Shown here in pieces: positions 17,684 to 28,393 of a stretch of 64,000 bases of DNA. Location of the stretch: positions 544,001-608,000 of the forward strand of contig CAVPOM010000018.1 of NCBI GenBank assembly GCA_963707025.1. The letters run 5' to 3'. The notes below the pieces were generated by a model. It had not been told where the DNA came from. It saw nothing but the letters and a program-made list of their open reading frames with translations, and did not search any database. Position 1 is the first letter of the stretch; each line of letters begins with the position of its first letter. The DNA comes from an uncultured Verrucomicrobiae bacterium (GTDB lineage: Bacteria > Verrucomicrobiota > Verrucomicrobiia > Limisphaerales > Palsa-1400). The translations under genes were made by a program, and so were the position numbers.

Positions 17684-19130
17684 TCAACCGACGCTGCCTT
17701 CCAGGCTGATCCCCAGCAGCTTCTGCGCTTCCACCGCGAATTCCATGGGCAATTGTTTGAACACTTCCTTGCAGTAACCGTTGACGATCATGTTGACGGC
17801 GTCCTGCGTGGATATGCCGCGCTGGTTGCAATAAAAAATCTGGTCCTCGCCGATCTTGGAGGTCGAGGCCTCGTGCTCGACCGTGGAAGAACTATTCTTG
17901 ACTTCCACATAGGGGAAGGTGTGCGCGCCGCAACGGTCGCCCATGAGGAGCGAATCGCACTGCGAATAATTGCGCGAGCCGGTGGCGCTTTTGAGAATTT
18001 TCACCTGGCCGCGATAGCTGTTCTGCCCCCGGCCCGCCGAGATGCCCTTGGAAACGATCGTGCTGGTGGTGTTCCGGCCCACATGCACCATCTTGGTCCC
18101 GGTGTCGGCCTGCTGGCGGTGATTGGTCAGGGCGACGGAATAAAACTCGCCCACCGAATTGTCGCCCAGCAGGAGCACACTGGGATATTTCCAAGTGATG
18201 GCCGAACCGGTCTCCACCTGGGTCCAGGAAATCTTCGAGTTGCGCCCGGCGCACTTGCCGCGCTTGGTCACGAAATTGTAAATGCCGCCCTTGCCGTCCT
18301 TGTCGCCCGGATACCAGTTTTGCACGGTGGAATACTTGATGTTGGCCTGGTCCAGCGCGATGAGTTCCACCACGGCGGCATGCAACTGGTTGGTGTCGCG
18401 CATGGGGGCGGTGCAGCCTTCCAGATAGCTGACCTGGCTGCCCTCGTCCGCGATGATGAGGGTGCGCTCGAACTGCCCGCTGCCCGCGGTGTTGATGCGG
18501 AAATAAGTGGAAAGCTCCATCGGGCAGCGCACCCCTTTGGGGATGTAGCAAAAGGAGCCGTCGCTGAACACGGCCGAATTGAGCGCGGCAAAAAAGTTGT
18601 CGTTGGGCGGGACCACCGTGCCCAGATACTGTTTGACCAGGTCGGGATGATTTTTGACCGCCTCGGAGAACGAGCAAAAAATGATGCCCTGCCGGCCCAG
18701 TTCCTCTTTGAAAGTCGTGGCGACCGAGAACGCTGTCCAGCACGGCGTCCACCGCCACGCCGGAGAGGCGCTTTTGTTCATCGAGGGAGATGCCGAGCTT
18801 GTCGAAAATCTTGCGGGTTTCCGGGTCCACCTCGTCCAGGCTGCCGAGTTTTTTCCTCTCCTTGGCCGCCGCGTAATAAATATAGGCCTGATAATCAATG
18901 GGGGGATAATGGACGTTGGGCCAGTGCGGCTCGGTCATGGTGGTCCAGTGGCGATAAGCCTTCAGGCGCCATTCCCGCAGGAAATCCGGCTCCCCTTTGA
19001 TCTCCGAGATGCGGCGGACGGTGTCCTCGCTCAGGCCGGGCGCAAAGGCCTCGGTTTCAATATTGCTGGCGAAGCCATATTTATATTCCGAGTTGACAAA
19101 ACTTTCAATGGTATCGGTCGTGGCATCCAT
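17684..19130 (-). CDS. sufB: Fe-S cluster assembly protein SufB, frameshifted near 18730 (probable sequence error)
   Basis: N-part (YKYGF...VDAVLDSV) and C-part (SVATTF...[10 protein letters not shown]...EHEASTS...LEGSVG) are in different frames; removing one base in GTTCTCG joins them. Confidence 0.93.
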
Positions 19131-19183
19131 AATCGGACAAATCCAGTCCGGTTACAGGATAGGCCAGCCGGGGCGGATGTCAA
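19131..19183 (-). promoter_or_regulatory. suf operon promoter with a palindromic operator
   Basis: Minus strand TTGACA (19183-19178), 16 nt, TATCCT (19161-19156); palindrome AATCGGAC-N7-GTCCGGTT at 19131-19153. Confidence 0.6.
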
Positions 19184-19259
19184 ATCCGACTTTGCCGCGC
19201 GGACCGCCCGGAGCGATGGATCCCGGGCTTGACGGGGGGACGACCGGGCAGGGCGGGGT

Positions 19260-19634
19260 TCAGGTGGTTTTGGCGGCGCCGGGGGACTGCTTCTGCTGGG
19301 CTTCGAGCAATTTCAGCAGCAGCATGCGGTTGGTATTGCCGTTCCAATTCCGGATGGCCGCGGAAATACACCAGGCGGAAAAGCAAAGGGCGAGCAGACA
19401 ATTGGGCCAGAACACGGCAAATACCAGAATATTGCTGTGGGAAAGAACCTCGCCGAGACGGGCGGGGTCATTCTCGGAGAGGAAAGCCAGGTGCAGCAAT
19501 AAAACCAGGATATAACCGTAAACGGCGGCGAGGCTGATGCCGGTCCCCAGCAAGATCCATCGGGTGCGGGGCCAGCGGCGCTCCTGCGTTCGCAAGTGTT
19601 CAATTTGCTTCAATTGTAAGGTGCTAAATTCCAT
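19260..19634 (-). CDS. Hypothetical membrane protein (2 TM)
   Basis: 124-aa ORF with two hydrophobic helices, between ruvB and sufB. Confidence 0.6.
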   Translation of the reverse strand: MEFSTLQLKQIEHLRTQERRWPRTRWILLGTGISLAAVYGYILVLLLHLAFLSENDPARLGEVLSHSNILVFAVFWPNCLLALCFSAWCISAAIRNWNGNTNRMLLLKLLEAQQKQSPGAAKTT

Positions 19635-19716
19635 ATCGTGTGCGGGTCATGGTTGCGCAACCGCAAACCTACCGCACTTTGCGTTGGAGGGCAAGAGAAT
19701 GCGGGAGAATGATTTT

Positions 19717-20736
19717 CTAAAGCAGCCGGGACTGGCTGCCGCCGGCGGGCTTGAGGCCCAGTTTCTGGTAGCTCAAGGCCGTCGCCACCCGGCCTTGCGG
19801 GGTGCGGTTGAGGTAGCCTTCCATAATCAGGAACGGCTCATAGACTTCTTCCAGCGTGTCCGGCTCCTCTCCCACGGCCACGGCCAGGGAACCGAGGCCG
19901 ACCGGGCCGCCGGCAAATTTTTGCACGATGGTATCCAGGATGCGCTTGTCCATTTCGTCCAGGCCGTTTTGATCTATCGCCAGCATGGCCAGCGCCTGGT
20001 CGGCCACGGGCACGGTGATCTGGCCGTCGCCGCGGACCTGGGCGTAATCGCGCACGCGGCGCAGCAGGTTGTTGGCGATGCGCGGCGTGCCGCGGCTGCG
20101 GCGGGCGATTTCCATCGCGCCTTGCGGATCAATGGCCACCTCCAGCAAATTGGCCGAGCGCACGACAATTTTTTGGAGCTGGTCGGCGTGGTAATAATCC
20201 AGCCGCTCGCGAATGGGGAAACGGGTCAGCAACGGCGCGGTGAGCAGCCCGCTGCGGGTCGTGGCGCCGATGAGGGTGAAGCGCGGCAGATTCAGGCGGA
20301 CGCTGCGGGCGTTGGGGCCGGAATCAATGATGATGTCCAGTTTGAAATCCTCCATCGCCGGATAGAGATATTCCTCGATGGTCTTTTGCAGGCGGTGAAT
20401 TTCATCAATAAAGAGAACGTCGCCCGCCTCCAGGTTGGTGAGCAACCCGGCGAGGTCGCCGGCCTTCTCGATGGTGGGGCCGCTGGTGCATTTGAGACCG
20501 ACGCCCATGCTCTTGGCGATGATGTAGGCGAGGGTGGTTTTGCCCAGGCCGGGCGGGCCGCTAAAGAGGAGATGATCCAGCGCCTCGCCGCGCTTTTTGG
20601 CGGCCTGGACGGCGATTTCCAGCCGTTCCTTGACCTTGGCCTGTCCGGTGAAGTCGGAAAACAGGGAGGGGCGCAGCGTCATTTCCAACGCGGCATCCGG
20701 CTGGGCCAGCACATCCGAAATCATTCGATCCGCCAT
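19717..20736 (-). CDS. ruvB: Holliday junction branch migration helicase RuvB
   Basis: [38 protein letters not shown]. Confidence 0.98.
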   Translation of the reverse strand: MADRMISDVLAQPDAALEMTLRPSLFSDFTGQAKVKERLEIAVQAAKKRGEALDHLLFSGPPGLGKTTLAYIIAKSMGVGLKCTSGPTIEKAGDLAGLLTNLEAGDVLFIDEIHRLQKTIEEYLYPAMEDFKLDIIIDSGPNARSVRLNLPRFTLIGATTRSGLLTAPLLTRFPIRERLDYYHADQLQKIVVRSANLLEVAIDPQGAMEIARRSRGTPRIANNLLRRVRDYAQVRGDGQITVPVADQALAMLAIDQNGLDEMDKRILDTIVQKFAGGPVGLGSLAVAVGEEPDTLEEVYEPFLIMEGYLNRTPQGRVATALSYQKLGLKPAGGSQSRLL

Positions 20737-20776
20737 TGCTTAAGGATGGGCAAGCGGCACGGGAGCGACAAGGAGT

Positions 20777-20800
20777 AAATGCAAAATGCAGAATGCAGAA
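20777..20800. repeat. Heptamer repeat (AATGCAR)n, reverse complement of the 3220 family
   Basis: AAATGCAAAATGCAGAATGCAGAA. Confidence 0.7.
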
Positions 20801-20812
20801 GGCGCAACAGGT

Positions 20813-21445
20813 TCAGCGCCGCAGGAATTTGGCGACGGCTTCGGTGCGGGTGCGGACTTGCAGCTTCTCGTAAATGCGCCGGATGTAGGTGTGGACGGTC
20901 TCGTAGCTGATGCCCAGCTTGTCCGCGATTTCCTTGTAGAGAAAGCCCTGGCTCAACAGGTCCAGCACTTCCTGCTCGCGGGTGGAAAGGGTGTCGCTGG
21001 CGCCGCCGGGCTGCGCAGAGGGGCTGGTTTTTTGGAAGGATTGCACGACCTTGCGCGCAATGTGCGTGGTCATGGGGGAACCGCCGCGGCGGACCTCGCG
21101 GATGGCTTCCAGCAGCTCGCTGCGCGGGGCGCGCTTAAGGAGATAGCCCGCCGCGCCCGCGGCCAGGGCGTTGAAAATGTTTTCCGTGTCCTCGTAAGCG
21201 GTCAGCATGACGGCCAGGATTTGCGGGGCGGCCTGCTTCAGCCGGCGGACCAATTCCACGCCGTTCATGCCGGGCAGGTTGATGTCCACCAGCACGACAT
21301 CCGGGCGCGCCGCGGGCAGGGCGGCCAGGGCGGTTTCGGCATCGGGGTACTGGCTCAGGCACTGGAATCCTTCGGCGCGATTGAGCAGGCGGGCCAGGGT
21401 GGCGCGCAACTGGTCGTTGTCTTCGACGATGGATACTTTGGTCAT
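20813..21445 (-). CDS. NarL/LuxR family response regulator
   Basis: VEDND, DINLPGMNG receiver domain; LSTREQEVL...KEIA...YEKLQV HTH. Confidence 0.95.
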   Translation of the reverse strand: MTKVSIVEDNDQLRATLARLLNRAEGFQCLSQYPDAETALAALPAARPDVVLVDINLPGMNGVELVRRLKQAAPQILAVMLTAYEDTENIFNALAAGAAGYLLKRAPRSELLEAIREVRRGGSPMTTHIARKVVQSFQKTSPSAQPGGASDTLSTREQEVLDLLSQGFLYKEIADKLGISYETVHTYIRRIYEKLQVRTRTEAVAKFLRR

Positions 21446-21448
21446 GAG

Positions 21449-21519
21449 TATGGTGAATGGTGAATGATGAATAGTGAAATGTCTGAATTCTACATTCTCA
21501 ACTCTCAATTCCTAATTCA
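21449..21519. repeat. Heptamer repeats (TGRTGAA)n facing (ATTCTCA)-like units
   Basis: Intergenic between the kinase and the response regulator. Confidence 0.7.
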
Positions 21520-24502
21520 GCGGAGCGGTCAGGCGGACCAGCGTCCCGCCTTTGGCGCCGGGGCCGATTTCAAATTTGCCGCCGATGTCTTCCATTCTTT
21601 GGCGCATGTTGCGCAGGCCGCTGCGGGATTGCGCGGCCGGGCCGGCCAGTCCGGCGGGGCCGCGTCCGTTGTCTTCGATTTCCAGGGTAAACCCGCCCGG
21701 CGCCAGGCGCAAGCGGAGGCAGGCCTCGGAAGCGGCGGCGTGCTTGACGATGTTGGTGACCGATTCTTTGGCCGCCAGGAAAACATTGTGGCGCGCTTCC
21801 GGCGAAATCTGGGCGGCCGGCAGCCGGGCGGGGGCTTCCAGCCGGTAGCGCAGGCCGGCCACCGCCAGATATTCCTGGGCGTTTTTGCAAATATAGTTGA
21901 CCAATCCTTCGAGTGTGTCGTTGGAGGGGTTGACCGTCCAGACGATTTCGTCCAGGGCGCGCGCGGTTTCGCGGGCGGTCTGGGAGATTTGCCCGGCGTG
22001 GACGGCGACTTCGGCGGGGTCGTCCCGGTCGCTCTCCACCATTTCGCCCAGGAGGGAGAGTTGGGTGAGGCTGGCGCCGACCTGGTCGTGGATGTCGCGG
22101 GCGATGCGGGCGCGGTCTTTTTCCAAGGCTTGCTGCTGGCGGAGACCGGCGAGTTGCCGCTGCAATTTCTGGGTGGAAATGAAATAAACCAGCGCAATAA
22201 TGCCGAACAAGAGCGCGGCCGCCACCACCCCGCGGAAGGACGGAGTCTGCCAGAAGGCGGGCAAAACGATGACCTCCAGAGCGGCGGGGACCGGGTTCCA
22301 AACTCCGTCCTCATTGCGGGCGGTGACTTGGAAGTGGTAGGTTCCCGGTGGCAGTTTGCTGTATTGGACGGTGCGGCGCTGGCCGGCGTCGGTCCAATTG
22401 GTGACGTATCCACCCATCAAATATTTGAAGTGGACTTGTTGCGGCTCATCGCAATCGAGGCCGGTGTAGCGGATTTCCAGCACTTCCTTGCCGGGGGGCA
22501 CCACGACCGAGCGCGGCGGCTGGCCATGCGGGCCGTTGAGGCCTTGGCCCTGGCCTTCGATGAGCACGGCTTCGATGAGCACGGGCAAGGCACGGGTGTG
22601 GTTTTGGATTTGCGCCGGATCAATGGGAACCAGACCGGCAATGGTGGGAAACCAGAGGGTGCCGTCGGCGGCGCGGCAGGCGGCGGGCTGGGAACCGAGG
22701 GTGCATTCGTCGCTGGGCAGCCCGTCGCGCTGGCCATAGGAATGGCAGGGGATGAAATCCAGCGTGCCGGCGGCGAACGCATTGAGGTCGCTTTTTTTCA
22801 CCCGCATCAGACCGGCGTTGGAGCCGATCCAAAGGTTGGTCTGGCTGTCCTCAATGATATAGTCCACGCCGTTGCCATCCAGTCCGTTGTCGGTGGTGTA
22901 ATTGATCCAGTGGCCGGATTGGAAGCGGATGAGTCCGTTGCCCAGGGTTCCCACCCAAAGCACGCCCTCCTGGTCCATATAAAGGGCGGAGATATTTTTG
23001 CTGGGGAATTCGCGGGCCGGCTGGACGGGAGTTATTTTGCCGTCCTTGAGGCAATTAAGCCCGCCTCCTTCGGTGCCAATCCAAAGATGGCCTTCCGCAT
23101 CATCGGCGATGGCCCGGACGATGTTGGCGGAAAGGCCGTCGTTGGTGGTGAAGACACGCCAGGCATGGCCGTCCCAGCACACCAGGCCGCGCTGGGTGCC
23201 GGCCCACAGCCGGCTGCTGCGATCCTGAAAAAGGGCGTAAATGCTCGGGTTGCGGTCCGGATATCCCTGGGCAGGCAGGAATTGGTCTTGGGTCCAGCGG
23301 AAAAGGCCGTCGCTGAAAGTGGCCGCCCAGAGATTCTGGTCGCGATCCACCAACAAGGCGCGGGCGTCAAAGCCCCTTCGAAAGCGGGTGGAGTCGGTGT
23401 TTTTGAGGATGTCGTCCTTCCAATAGTCAATGCCCCGACTGGTGGAACTGAACCAGAGGCGGCCCTGGGCATCTTCGCAGACCGAATGGATGGTGAGGTT
23501 GGTGGAGGCGTCCAGCGGATGGAAAAGCTGGCGCTGGACGCGATTTAGCCCGCCGGGATCCAGACCCACCCAGAGGGCGCCGGCATCGTCCATGTGCAGC
23601 GCCAGAACGTAATCGCCCGAAAGCCCTTCAACTTGGGTGGCTTTTCTGTCCGGCCCGTACCACCACACCCCGGCGCCCTGCGTTCCCACGATCAGGTTGC
23701 CGTCCAGATCTTCGCAAGCGGCGGTGATGTCGCAATCCTTCCACGCATACGGCCCCAAATTGAGTTCCAAACTGTCGCCCACCCATTTCTCAACCATTTT
23801 CGTGACGCCATCCTGTCCCAGGCACCAGCGGCCTCCGGTCCGGCTGGCGAGCAGGAAATCCACCTGGGACATGCCGGAAACTCTCGTGCTCGGCAGGGGC
23901 ATGGAACCGCGCACCGCGGCAGGATCAATCTGGAGGATTCCGGCGAAAACCAGACCGGATTTTTCGGCAATGAGCGTGTGATCGGAGCCGATGCCGCCCC
24001 AATGATCCAATTTGCCATCGTGATAGCGGGCCAGTTCCCCATCGTAAGCGCGCAGCCAGACGGCGCCGGTGGAATCTTCGCACGCCGCCCGCAGGCGGCC
24101 CTGGCGGCGGCCCTTGCCGAAATTGAGGTCGGTGATCTGATTATTTTGGAGGAGCAGCGCGCCGGCGGTCTCGGTGCCGATCCAGAGGTTGGTCTTGCTG
24201 TCCTCGAAAAGGAAGACGATCCGCCCGCTGGGCAGGCCCGGCGTGTTGTGCTCGTCGAACACCTTGAATTGCAGGCCGTCGAAACGCACCAGGCCGTTGA
24301 GGGTGCCCAGCCAGAGGTAGCCGTCGTGCGTCTGGACGATGGCGACGACCTCGTTGGCGGTCAGGCCGTCGTGCGTTCCCCAGGCATCCACATGAAACCG
24401 CCGCCCCGCCGCCTGGGCCAGGGAGCCGGGGCCAAGCCACAGCCCCAGGCCAAGACAGGCAGCCGCCAGCAGCCCTGCCAGCCGCCAAGGGTTCTTCCGC
24501 AT
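21512..24502 (-). CDS. Sensor histidine kinase: two-component regulator beta-propeller repeats, Y_Y_Y domain, TM, HisKA_3/HATPase
   Basis: Repeated D..G.LW.GT..GL; Y..LPPGTYHFQV; RARIARDIHD; IEDNGRG; GLRNM. Confidence 0.93.
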   Translation of the reverse strand: MRKNPWRLAGLLAAACLGLGLWLGPGSLAQAAGRRFHVDAWGTHDGLTANEVVAIVQTHDGYLWLGTLNGLVRFDGLQFKVFDEHNTPGLPSGRIVFLFEDSKTNLWIGTETAGALLLQNNQITDLNFGKGRRQGRLRAACEDSTGAVWLRAYDGELARYHDGKLDHWGGIGSDHTLIAEKSGLVFAGILQIDPAAVRGSMPLPSTRVSGMSQVDFLLASRTGGRWCLGQDGVTKMVEKWVGDSLELNLGPYAWKDCDITAACEDLDGNLIVGTQGAGVWWYGPDRKATQVEGLSGDYVLALHMDDAGALWVGLDPGGLNRVQRQLFHPLDASTNLTIHSVCEDAQGRLWFSSTSRGIDYWKDDILKNTDSTRFRRGFDARALLVDRDQNLWAATFSDGLFRWTQDQFLPAQGYPDRNPSIYALFQDRSSRLWAGTQRGLVCWDGHAWRVFTTNDGLSANIVRAIADDAEGHLWIGTEGGGLNCLKDGKITPVQPAREFPSKNISALYMDQEGVLWVGTLGNGLIRFQSGHWINYTTDNGLDGNGVDYIIEDSQTNLWIGSNAGLMRVKKSDLNAFAAGTLDFIPCHSYGQRDGLPSDECTLGSQPAACRAADGTLWFPTIAGLVPIDPAQIQNHTRALPVLIEAVLIEGQGQGLNGPHGQPPRSVVVPPGKEVLEIRYTGLDCDEPQQVHFKYLMGGYVTNWTDAGQRRTVQYSKLPPGTYHFQVTARNEDGVWNPVPAALEVIVLPAFWQTPSFRGVVAAALLFGIIALVYFISTQKLQRQLAGLRQQQALEKDRARIARDIHDQVGASLTQLSLLGEMVESDRDDPAEVAVHAGQISQTARETARALDEIVWTVNPSNDTLEGLVNYICKNAQEYLAVAGLRYRLEAPARLPAAQISPEARHNVFLAAKESVTNIVKHAAASEACLRLRLAPGGFTLEIEDNGRGPAGLAGPAAQSRSGLRNMRQRMEDIGGKFEIGPGAKGGTLVRLTAPLN

Positions 24503-24893
24503 GGCGGTCATCTTTGGAGGAGGGCGCGGGTATGTAAAGATGATTCCAGGCCGGGCGGATGGTTCACCCTCCGTAGTCCCGGCGAAGGAGGGCGGATTGA
24601 AAAGGCAAAATAATCCTTGCCTTTGCCCGCGCCGTGTATAAATTATCCTTATCAACACGGTGTTTTTCCAACACTGTGTGAGGACCACCAGTTTCAAGGA
24701 ATTTGCGGTTGCGGCGGCGCTGCTGCCACCAAACCGGCACTTTCAACTCTTGGGACACGCTTCGTGGCACGCCCGGGTTGGGCGTGCCCGAACGCGCTCC
24801 CGCGCGGGCCGGCGCGGGATTCAGATCCCAAGTGTGGCCGTTGAGTCGCAATCGTTGCTTGTCAATCCTACACCCTCTCTTATGATGGCCGGC

Positions 24894-25826
24894 ATGAGCT
24901 TGCTCAAGGTCGAACGTCTTTCCAAAACATACGGCCCGATTCGCGCCGTGGATTCCGTCAGCCTGGAGGTGCGGCCTGGCGAGATTTACGGCCTGCTCGG
25001 TCCCAATGGCGCGGGCAAGACGACCACCATCTCCATCATCTCCGGCCTGCTCAAACCCGACGCCGGCGAGGTCCTGGTCGCGGGCGCGGCCTTCTGGTCC
25101 GATCCGCAAAAAGCCAAGCGCATCATGGGCGTGGTGCCGCAGGAACTGGCCATTTACGAGGATTTGAGCGGGCGCGAGAACCTGGAATTCTGGGGGCGCA
25201 TGGCGGGCCTGAGTTCGGGCGATGCCAGAGCGCGCGCCGCGGAATTGCTCGCCGCCCTCACGCTGACTGATCGCGCCAAGGACGCGGTCAAGACCTATTC
25301 CGGCGGCATGAAGCGCCGCATCAATCTCGGTTGCGCCCTGCTGCACCGCCCACAGTTGCTGCTGCTGGATGAGCCGACGGTGGGCATAGACCCGCAAGCG
25401 CGGCTGAAGATTCTCGAATTCATCCGCAACCTTCGCGCCGGCGGCGCGGCCATTCTTTACACGACGCATTATCTGGAGGAAGCCGAGACCCTTTGCCAGC
25501 GCATCGGCATCATTGATCATGGCCGGTTGCTGGCGGAAGGGACGTTGAGTGAATTGCAGGAACGGCTGGGCGGCGACCGGGTGTTCGTGCTGGAAGCGGA
25601 TTTCAAAAACACTTCGCCCGAGGCCTGGGGTGGTTTTCACCAGCGCTTCCGGGTCATCCAGAAATCGGAGCGGCAGCTCGTGGTCGCGGCGGTGGGCGCG
25701 CGGGATCCTTCCGAGTGCCTGAAGGATTTGCTCAATCTTCCCGTGCGCGCGGAAAACGTCACGCTCAAGCGGCCCAGCCTGAACGATGTCTTCCTGCAAC
25801 TGACGGGGCGGGAACTGAGGGAATAG
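24894..25826 (+). CDS. ABC-2 type exporter ATP-binding protein
   Basis: [35 protein letters not shown]. Confidence 0.95.
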   Translation: MSLLKVERLSKTYGPIRAVDSVSLEVRPGEIYGLLGPNGAGKTTTISIISGLLKPDAGEVLVAGAAFWSDPQKAKRIMGVVPQELAIYEDLSGRENLEFWGRMAGLSSGDARARAAELLAALTLTDRAKDAVKTYSGGMKRRINLGCALLHRPQLLLLDEPTVGIDPQARLKILEFIRNLRAGGAAILYTTHYLEEAETLCQRIGIIDHGRLLAEGTLSELQERLGGDRVFVLEADFKNTSPEAWGGFHQRFRVIQKSERQLVVAAVGARDPSECLKDLLNLPVRAENVTLKRPSLNDVFLQLTGRELRE

Positions 25827-25828
25827 CC

Positions 25829-27169
25829 ATGCTCCGCGTTCTCCTGGCCAAAGACCTGCGTCGCGCGCGGCGCAATCCGCTGCCCTGGCTCATCAATCTC
25901 ATCGTGCCCCTGGCCATGACCGCCCTCATCGGCCTGGTCTTCGGTGGACAGTCGGACAGCGGCGCGCTGGGCCGCATCCGCTTCGCCGTGGTGGACGAGG
26001 ACAAGACGGTGTTGAGCGATGGTCTGCGCGGCGCGGCCAACCAGGGCGAAGGCGGCAAATATCTCGAACCGGTGTTTATGGAGCGCGCAGACGCGCTGCG
26101 TGAGATCAATGCCAACAAGATCAGCGCGGTCCTCATCATCCCGACCAACTTCATGCGCGACTATCTCACGGCCCGCCAAGCGGTCAGCCTTGAACTGATC
26201 AAGAATCCGGCCGAGTCAATTCATCCGGCGGTGCTGGAGGAATTGCTCGGGGCCGTCGTCTCGGCGTTGAATGCGGTTTCGCGCAACTTCAACTCCGAGT
26301 TTCCCGAATGGCAGGCGGTGATCGAAGGCAAGGAGGATTATCACAAGGCGTCCCTTCTGGTGGAACGCGCGGGCGACAAACTCAAGACGGCCAGGAAGTT
26401 CATCAACCCGCCCCTGGTGAGCTACGAAAAGGAAGCGCCCGCGGACGAATCCACCAATGTTTCACTCAAAAGCGGGGCGGCCAACGGCGGGGCGGCAAAG
26501 GGCGGCGCGCCGAAAAACACGCCGGCCAGAACCGGCGCCGCAAAGCCCGGTTCCGCTGATTCCATCTTCGCGTTTCTGCTGATCGGGTTGTCGGCGATGT
26601 TTCTGCTCTTCCTCGCCGGCAACGCCATGAGCGATCTCTACCGTGAATTGAGTCAGCGCACTTTCCAGCGATACCAGACCTTGCGGGATTCGCTCGTGCC
26701 GTTCCTCGCCGGCAAGGCCGTGTTCGCCTTCGTCATGCTGCTGCTCTGCAGCGCGATCATGCTCGGCGGCGGCGGCTTGATTTTTCGCATTGACTGGCAG
26801 CAACCCTGGGCGCTGCTGGCGCTCACCGCCGGCTACGTGGCTTTCGCCGCGACTTTGTTCGCGGTGTTTGTCGCCCTCATGCCCGATGAGCGTCGCGCGG
26901 CCGTGCTGACCAACCTGGCGGGGATGGGCCTGGGCCTGGTGGGCGGCTGTGCCTTTCCGCCGCAGCAGCTCCCGGCCTTTCTGCGCGAGCACATCACGCC
27001 GTTGATGCCCAGCTATTGGTTCGTGGACACGGCGCGCAACCTGCAGGACGGCGGCGCGGGCGTCGCCTGGGGCTGGGTGGTGTTGAAGCTCGCGCTGCTC
27101 AGTCTGGCGCTGCTCGTGCTGGCGGCCTTTTTGTTTCGGCGAAAATTCAAAACCGGTTGGCGCGCATGA
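25829..27169 (+). CDS. ABC-2 type exporter permease
   Basis: N-terminal TM, AVVDED extracytoplasmic domain, C-terminal TM bundle. Confidence 0.9.
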   Translation: MLRVLLAKDLRRARRNPLPWLINLIVPLAMTALIGLVFGGQSDSGALGRIRFAVVDEDKTVLSDGLRGAANQGEGGKYLEPVFMERADALREINANKISAVLIIPTNFMRDYLTARQAVSLELIKNPAESIHPAVLEELLGAVVSALNAVSRNFNSEFPEWQAVIEGKEDYHKASLLVERAGDKLKTARKFINPPLVSYEKEAPADESTNVSLKSGAANGGAAKGGAPKNTPARTGAAKPGSADSIFAFLLIGLSAMFLLFLAGNAMSDLYRELSQRTFQRYQTLRDSLVPFLAGKAVFAFVMLLLCSAIMLGGGGLIFRIDWQQPWALLALTAGYVAFAATLFAVFVALMPDERRAAVLTNLAGMGLGLVGGCAFPPQQLPAFLREHITPLMPSYWFVDTARNLQDGGAGVAWGWVVLKLALLSLALLVLAAFLFRRKFKTGWRA

Positions 27170-28299
27170 AACGTTTCCTCGACATCGGCCACACCGACCT
27201 GCGCCTTTTTTTCAAGCACAAGAGCGCCTACATCTGGTTGTTCGTCATGCCGCTCGCTTTCGTTTATTTCATGGGCTTCGCCAACCGGGGGCCTGGCGAT
27301 CCCTATAATCGCACGCCCCCGCTGCTCATCGAGAACGAGGACACCAATTTCCTGGGGCGAATTTTCCTCGATGAACTCAGTTCGCAGAAAATGTGGCTCT
27401 TGAGCCCAACCAATCGCGAGTCCGCCGCCCGCCTCCTCCGCATCCCCGCCGACTTCACCAGCAAGATCTTGTCGCAGCAACAGAGCAAGGTGCGGTTCCT
27501 CAAGCGCGACGCTTCCGGGGAGGCCGACGCCGCGCTCATCGAAGTGCGCCTGGTGCGGGCGTTGATCGCCATGAACGGCCATCTGCTCGAAGCGGCCACG
27601 GCGACAAATGACCCCGGCGCCATTTCCGAAAGCAAGCTGCGGCACATCATGGCCGCGCCCGATCCGGTGAGTTTGAACGCGCGATTTGCCGGACGAAAAC
27701 CGGTGCCCTCCGGCTTCAACTTCTCCCTGCCGGGCAATCTGGTCATGTACCTCATGATGAACCTGCTCATCTTCGGCGGCGCCACCGTCTCCGCGGAGCG
27801 GCGCAACGGGGTGATCAAGCGGCTCATGGTCCATCCCGTGACGCGCCTGGAAATTGTCACGGGCAAAATCTACGGCCTGATGCTGCTCGGATTGGTGCAG
27901 ATCCTCTTTTTCCTCGCGGCCGGCAAATTCCTGTTCCACGTCAACCTCGGCGCCAATCTGCCGGCCGTGACGTTGACGCTGCTCCTGTTGGCGTGGGTTG
28001 CCGGATCGCTCGGCGTGCTGGTCGGTTCGGTGGTCGCCGCGCACGACCGGGTCAACGGCATTTGCGTGCTGGCCAGTCTTTTGATGGCGGCCTTGGGCGG
28101 CTGTTGGTGGCCGCTGGAGATCGGGCCGCCCGCCCTCAAGACCATGGCGCTGTGCCTGCCGACCGGCTGGGCCATGCGGGCCCTCCATCAACTCATCAGC
28201 TTCGGCAGCGATTTCAGCGCCGTGCTGACTCCGCTGGCCGTATTGCTGGCCTTCGGCCTGGCCGCCAATGTTCTGGCCGCGCGGTTCTTCAAGAGCTAA
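27166..28299 (+). CDS. ABC-2 type exporter permease
   Basis: ERRNGVIKRL, GGCWWPLE; ATGA overlap with the previous gene. Confidence 0.9.
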   Translation: MKRFLDIGHTDLRLFFKHKSAYIWLFVMPLAFVYFMGFANRGPGDPYNRTPPLLIENEDTNFLGRIFLDELSSQKMWLLSPTNRESAARLLRIPADFTSKILSQQQSKVRFLKRDASGEADAALIEVRLVRALIAMNGHLLEAATATNDPGAISESKLRHIMAAPDPVSLNARFAGRKPVPSGFNFSLPGNLVMYLMMNLLIFGGATVSAERRNGVIKRLMVHPVTRLEIVTGKIYGLMLLGLVQILFFLAAGKFLFHVNLGANLPAVTLTLLLLAWVAGSLGVLVGSVVAAHDRVNGICVLASLLMAALGGCWWPLEIGPPALKTMALCLPTGWAMRALHQLISFGSDFSAVLTPLAVLLAFGLAANVLAARFFKS

Positions 28300-28393
28300 T
28301 GAGTTGATCAACCGTCAGGTCTTTTACCCCACCCCCGGCGATCGGCCTTGTCGCAAGCCCAGGAACCCCTTTCGGACAGCCCGTGACAAGCGA

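Noticed and set aside
17684..19130. Split or intein-containing sufB
   Set aside because: Total length is normal and a single extra base explains the break.
24894..28299. Specific antibiotic-resistance assignment for the ABC-2 exporter
   Set aside because: The architecture is generic and the substrate cannot be inferred from sequence alone.
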